From Octopus bimaculoides (lineage: Eukaryota), in assembly GCF_001194135.2 (NCBI RefSeq), contig NC_068997.1, positions 42,895,972-42,939,114 of the forward strand: 43,143 bases of DNA. The letters are read 5' to 3'. Positions 36,886 through 43,143 of the stretch are shown here, piece by piece; position 1 is the first letter of the stretch; every line of letters starts with the position of its first letter. The position numbers were made by a program, and so were the translations under genes. The notes under the pieces are model-generated. The model worked only from the letters and a program-made list of their open reading frames with translations, was not told the origin of the DNA and ran no database searches.

Positions 36886-38010
36886 AAATTACGTACATGC
36901 ATGCATACATATACATATATATGTGCGTGTATAAATGTATATGTATTGATATATATATATATATATANNNNNNNNNNNNNNNNNNNNNNNNNNNNNNNNN
37001 NNNNNNNNNNNNNNNNNNNNNNNNNNNNNNNNNNNNNNNNNNNNNNNNNNNNNNNNNNNNNNNNNNNNNNNNNNNNNNNNNNNNNNNNNNNNNNNNNNGG
37101 GAAACTTAGGTGCTATTTTTAACAACTCGTGTGACCGCGCGCAAGAGTCTCTCGTTGGCTTCAAGAGGAGAAACTAAACAGCGTTAATCCATGTTGACAA
37201 GAATGTGTAGTAATTCCCTAAATAAGAGCATATGTGTGTGTGAAAGCGAGAGAGAAAGAGAGAGAAGGAGAAGAAGAGATAGAGGGAGAGTGAGTGAGAG
37301 AGAAAGAAACAGACACTTAAAGCATATAATAATTTATCTTTATAACAATTTCGGTTGTTGTACTTTTGTTTATTTAATTCTCTTAAACACAGTTATTGTT
37401 TCACTTTGCTGCTAAGAAATACTTTTATTTTATTCAGTTTTTTATTTCATTTTAAGGGTTTTCAAGGGAAACTTTCATGTTTTGTAAACCACTTTATTCG
37501 CTGAAACTTTGCCTCGAATACCTAAATTAGTTTTTCTTTTGATTTTCCTGTGAACTTTCATTTTCTCTTTCACTATTCAGTATATTTCTATTTCATTTTC
37601 TATTCTTATTCTTTGTTGTCATTGATTCTCTTGAACTTTCCATATTCCATTCAGCATCGCTATTTCCGTTATCTAATCTGTTTCTTCCCCTTGGCATAAA
37701 TCTAGAACGGCGTTTGTTGTTTTACATTTAAAGTGAAATTTATTTATTTATTTAACCCCTCTGTAGCGTATTAGTTTGCTCTTTATGCGTTCTTTCAATC
37801 GTCATTATATAAATTAACCTCTTTATTATCTCAATATCGACGATCTAGGATATCCGCTATTGGTATCCGATTAAGATGTCTATTTATTTGTTTGTTTATT
37901 TATTGCTTGGTTGATTAATGCGAAGACATCCCGTTTTGTTTCACGTTTTATTTCTCAAATTGTCAGCACCCTTAAGTCAATATCCTCCACAATTCTTTTA
38001 ATACTTTCAG

Positions 38011-38106
38011 TATTGACATCAACAGACACTTTCAAGCCAACCACCCAACTAGCCAACCGACAATACAGACAAGCGATTCTCTACGTGGCCAATCGATTTG
38101 CTGAAA
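38011..38106 (+). CDS. isolated candidate exon LTSTDTFKPTTQLANRQYRQAILYVANRFAE
   Basis: Acceptor ttcttttaatactttcag|, donor AAA|gtaaac, 96 nt, lying within a 98-codon ORF. Confidence 0.2.
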
Positions 38107-38281
38107 GTAAACAGCAGTTAAACCTGACTCAGATACATTACCCATCTTATAAAATGAACAATGCTGGGGAAAAAGTTGTCCGAAAGACACAATGCATGGA
38201 TGACTGAACGAATAAAAAAGACACCAACAAGACCATTACAACAGCAACAACTTTCCAATATACCATATACATGTTTAAACG

Positions 38282-38367
<86 letters not shown>

Positions 38368-39001
38368 TATCTACACGCACAAATCCAAACACACAACACA
38401 CACACACATACACAATCACACACATTGTAACGTAATTAAAGGATATAACTGAATAAATTCCACGAGAACAATATTTAACTGTAGTTTCATCAGTTTATTT
38501 ACCACAAAGACAGACGGTATTGTTGAATGGAGTTGGAAAAAGAAAAATATTGCTTATATAATTAATAATGAGTGACAGGTAAAATTCTTGAGAGGTAATG
38601 GATTTAAAAGAAGGAGTTGGGAGATTCGATAAAGAGAATATATTGCAGATAGATTAAGAGGGAGCTATGAGACTGCAGAAGGTGCAAAAAGTGAAGGGCA
38701 GATGTTGAAGCAAGCCGTATGAGAGGCGGGGGGGGCGTGAGGTAGGGATCGGACGTTGAACCATTCAGTTATGTAAAAGGTGGGATGGTCCGTTGAAAGT
38801 GTCGAAGACAACGGAATAAACAGATGGGAGTCACTTAAAAGAAAAGGATAATAGAAACGTTATAACTGATTATCATAATTCGCTTATCTCATTATTTCGG
38901 AAAATTTCAGCTAAATATCACAAGTGAATGTTATAATGTTGCAATGTTATTTTACTTTCATATTTTTTCTACGATCACTCCATTTATTTTCTCCTACAAT
39001 C

Positions 39002-39048
<47 letters not shown>

Positions 39049-39058
39049 NNNNNNNNNN

Positions 39059-39092
<34 letters not shown>

Positions 39093-39514
39093 TCTCTCTT
39101 CTCTTTCTCTTACGCCTTCTCTCTTCCATTCTTTGCAATCAGTCCACTTTCTTCCATCCAACACCCTCCCCTCAATTCCATATTAATTCAAAGTATTCTA
39201 ACCCGAAATCTAAGTCAATACTAACTATATAAACTAATTTTTTTTTTCACTTCGTTTCAGTTTTATGTAGATGAAAACATAGTTAATTAGTTTTCTTGAT
39301 TTTTATACTGAGTTAACTTTTATTTACTATTTTTAATCTATTTTCAATTTTGGATTCATTTTTTATCCATTCTTATCCGATTGTAAATTGCATAATTAAA
39401 AGTACATATGTATGTATGTATGTGTGTATGTATGTATGTATGTATGTATCTATGTGCGTATATATATGTACATGCATATATATATATATATGTATGTACA
39501 TATATACATATATA

Positions 39515-39575
<61 letters not shown>

Positions 39576-39598
39576 AACATTATAATTATACTTTTATA

Positions 39599-39700
<102 letters not shown>

Positions 39701-39966
39701 CATACATACATACATACATACATAGTGTCCTCATGTACATGTTGTCGGTGTATGTGTATGTGTGGGTGTATGTAGGCGGTTGTGGATGGAAATACATAAA
39801 TAAAGAGTATAATAAAACGAAAACACCCTCGACATATGTTTAAGATGCTGTAAAGGTTAGCATGTATTTCCCCCAATCTGCTAAATCATAAAAAAATGCT
39901 CATAGCGAAAGGTCAGTGCTGAGAGTAACTGGAAAAATGTTGAGCAAGTTTGTCTTACATGAAGGA

Positions 39967-39968
<2 letters not shown>

Positions 39969-39997
<29 letters not shown>

Positions 39998-40100
39998 TGT
40001 ATGTATGTATGTATGCATGTATGTATGTATGTATGTATGTATGTATGCATGTATGTATTTATGTGTGTGTATGTATGTATGTATGCATGCATGCATGCAT
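39969..40100. repeat. (TATG)n/(CATG)n microsatellite
   Basis: Directly visible. Confidence 0.93.
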
Positions 40101-40941
40101 GAAGGTATGTATGGCAGAAAGTAGAACCTGAACATGGATTTATCTATTTCGATATCTAGTTCAGCCTATTTTACTGATTGTTAAGTATGCGTGTGTATAT
40201 ATGCATACATACATATATTAACATACACACACATGTATATATATATATATATATATATATATGCATGTATGTGTATGCATGTCTATCAATCTATCTATCT
40301 ATCTATCTATATATNNNNNNNNNNNNNNNNNNNNNNNNNNNNNNNNNNNNNNNNNNNNNNNNNNNNNNNNNNNNNNNNNNNNNNNNNNNNNNNNNNNNNN
40401 NNNNNNNNNNNNNNNNNNNNNNNNNNNNNNNNNNNNNNNNNNNNNNNNNNNNNNNNNNNNNNNNNNNTATATGTATGTATGTATGTATGTATATGTATAT
40501 ATATGCATGTATGCATATATTTATATGCATTTATATATATGTATGTGTGTGTATGTACACACGCACACATACGCACACGCATATAAGTGCACACACATAC
40601 ACGCACACATATATATCTATGTTTACGGCAACAGACAAAGGTTAGCAGTCGTAAAAAATGTATCTCTATGAAAAGCAACGTATACAATTTACATGATGTA
40701 ATAGAGTTATAACTTTACAGCTGTTTCGACGGGTTCATATAACAGTGTACATTATGGAAGCAGGTGCAATGCTGAGTTAATATTATATGCATACATAAAA
40801 CCAAAGTAAAGTACAAACTAGCATTGATTCTGATTGCTGGTGAAGCACGGCATTCTTTTCAGAATCCGAAGCTATAATTGGTGACTACCTGTGCCACTCT
40901 TAAACTAGCATTTTATCACCTGTAAAACACACACGCACACG

Positions 40942-40973
<32 letters not shown>

Positions 40974-42119
40974 NNNNNNNNNNNNNNNNNNNNNNNNNNN
41001 NNNNNNNNNNNNNNNNNNNNNNNNNNNNNNNNNNNNNNNNNNNNNNNNNNNNNNNNNNNNNNNNNNNNNNNNNNNNNNNNNNNNNNNNNNNNNNNNNNNN
41101 NNNNNNNNNNNNNNNNNNNNNNNNNNNNNNNNNNNNNNNNNNNNNNNNNNNNNNNNNNNNNNNNNNNNNNNNNNNNNNNNNNNNNNNNNNNNNNNNNNNN
41201 NNNNNNNNNNNNNNNNNNNNNNNNNNNNNNNNNNNNNNNNNNNNNNNNNNNNNNNNNNNNNNNNNNNNNNNNNNNNNNNNNNNNNNNNNNNNNNNNNNNN
41301 NNNNNNNNNNNNNNNNNNNNNNNNNNNNNNNNNNNNNNNNNNNNNNNNNNNNNNNNNNNNNNNNNNNNNNNNNNNNNNNNNNNNNNNNNNNNNNNNNNNN
41401 NNNNNNNNNNNNNNNNNNNNNNNNNNNNNNNNNNNNNNNNNNNNNNNNNNNNNNNNNNNNNNNNNNNNNNNNNNNNNNNNNNNNNNNNNNNNNNNNNNNN
41501 NNNNNNNNNNNNNNNNNNNNNNNNNNNNNNNNNNNNNNNNNNNNNNNNNNNNNNNNNNNNNNNNNNNNNNNNNNNNNNNNNNNNNNNNNNNNNNNNNNNN
41601 NNNNNNNNNNNNNNNNNNNNNNNNNNNNNNNNNNNNNNNNNNNNNNNNNNNNNNNNNNNNNNNNNNNNNNNNNNNNNNNNNNNNNNNNNNNNNNNNNNNN
41701 NNNNNNNNNNNNNNNNNNNNNNNNNNNNNNATATATATTCTTACACGTATTTTCACATGAATTTATTTGTGCACACACATTCATGCATATGTGTATGGGT
41801 GTTGTGTGTGTGTGTGTGTATGTGTGTGCGTTTCTATGTGTGTATGTATGGAGGTGGGTGTGATTATTGTTTCGAATACACAAAATTCACTTCTAAAATT
41901 TGGTGTTAACAAATTTTAGGCGATGCAAAATATTTTACGTCAAACATATTTGTATTCTTCTGTGTGTGTATGTTTGTGTATGTGTGAGAGAGAGAGAGAG
42001 AGAGAGAGGGGGAGAGAGAGAAAGAGTAAATGTATGTGCATGTGGGAGTCTGTGTGTGTGTGTGCGTGTGTGCGTGTATCTGTGTCAGTGTGTGTTTATG
42101 TGAGTTTCTATGCGTGGGC

Positions 42120-42205
42120 GGGTAAAATTCCCGAGATCCATGGACGATTTCTCTCCAGCGGTCTTTGTCCCTCATCATCGCAGCGTTTAAGTATACTTGC
42201 ATTAA
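42120..42205 (-). mobile_element. possible RTE-clade LINE C-terminal remnant
   Basis: LNAAMMRDKDRWREIV resembles the RTE C-terminal M-x-DR-x-x-WR-x-x-V motif. Very short. Confidence 0.35.
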
Positions 42206-42549
42206 TAAGAGCGTATAAAAGAGATCCGTTCCTAGATTGAGTGTCTGGGCTTGTGACTATGCTTGACGTCACGTTACACTTGAAAAATCCCGGGGTTGCA
42301 CTCGTGATTTGAATACAGCAATATACGCCAACACAACACACACTTTTTTTTTTATTTTTGTTCATCAAAGCGCCTGCATCTATAAATAGTAACAATATGC
42401 ATATCCATAGACAAAATCGCACACGCACACATAACATATATGTATGTATTGATCGATGGATGTGCGTATGTATACATGTATACATATATATATATATATA
42501 TATAGTCTACATCTAGCATGTTGGATGTCCACCAAATGGTTATCCCTCC

Positions 42550-42581
<32 letters not shown>

Positions 42582-42790
42582 TGTATGTATGTATGTATGT
42601 ATATGTATATGTATGAATATGTATATAAGTTTATATATATGTGTGTGTGCTTTTGTGACCATAAGGTTCTTTGACTCTTGTTTCTAGCAATATACGTGCT
42701 ACCATGAACCCTCAGTCACTATTAGTGACAACTGAATTTTTCCTGTTTGGCTTTATATTGCGTCTAGCCACCTTCATTATTTCTTTATAT

Positions 42791-42947
42791 AGGCGTGGCC
42801 GTGTGGTAAGAAGATTGCTTCCTAAGCACTTGGTTGCCGATTGAGTTCCACTGCGTGGCGCCTTAGGCAAGTGTCTTCTTCTATAGCCTCAGTCCGACCA
42901 ACGCATTGTGAGTGGATTTGGTAGATGGAAACTGAAACAAGACTATC
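42791..42947 (+). mobile_element. family-A SINE, 5' half
   Basis: ggcgtggccgtgtggtaag...ccactgcgtggcgccttaggcaagtgtcttct...tgtgagtggatttggtagatggaaactgaaa running into (TA)n. Confidence 0.88.
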
Positions 42948-43143
42948 ATATATATATATATATGTATATATGTATATATATGTATATATGTATATATATA
43001 TAATAATGATAATAATAGGGATAAAAATCCAAATTTACAGGTAAAAACTCATTTAAATTCAATTTATCAAAATTTTAAAATAAATTAAGTTTCACGGTAT
43101 ATAATATATAATGTGACTGGATTTTCATGGATGAGTTCATGAA

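Overview
AT-rich, repeat-saturated eukaryotic draft-assembly DNA with many N gaps, most abutting microsatellites. The SINE families and microsatellite density suggest an octopus genome (inference from recalled repeat sequences, not a search). No recognisable host gene is present, and nearly all ORFs in the supplied track are microsatellite or gap artefacts. The supportable content is mostly mobile DNA: a Penelope-like element fragment with Zn-knuckle and GIY-YIG endonuclease; a second Penelope-type terminal fragment carrying a minimal hammerhead ribozyme fold; a 113-bp near-perfect inverted repeat; three 3' ends of a restriction-like-endonuclease LINE associated with (TACA)n; a mariner 5' end; a probable LTR; and four SINE families. 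Two old tandem arrays are also present. Several phase-compatible exon chains are possible (+ strand 258-3885; - strand 32815-33866), but splice-like signals arise often by chance in this composition, so these are low-confidence.
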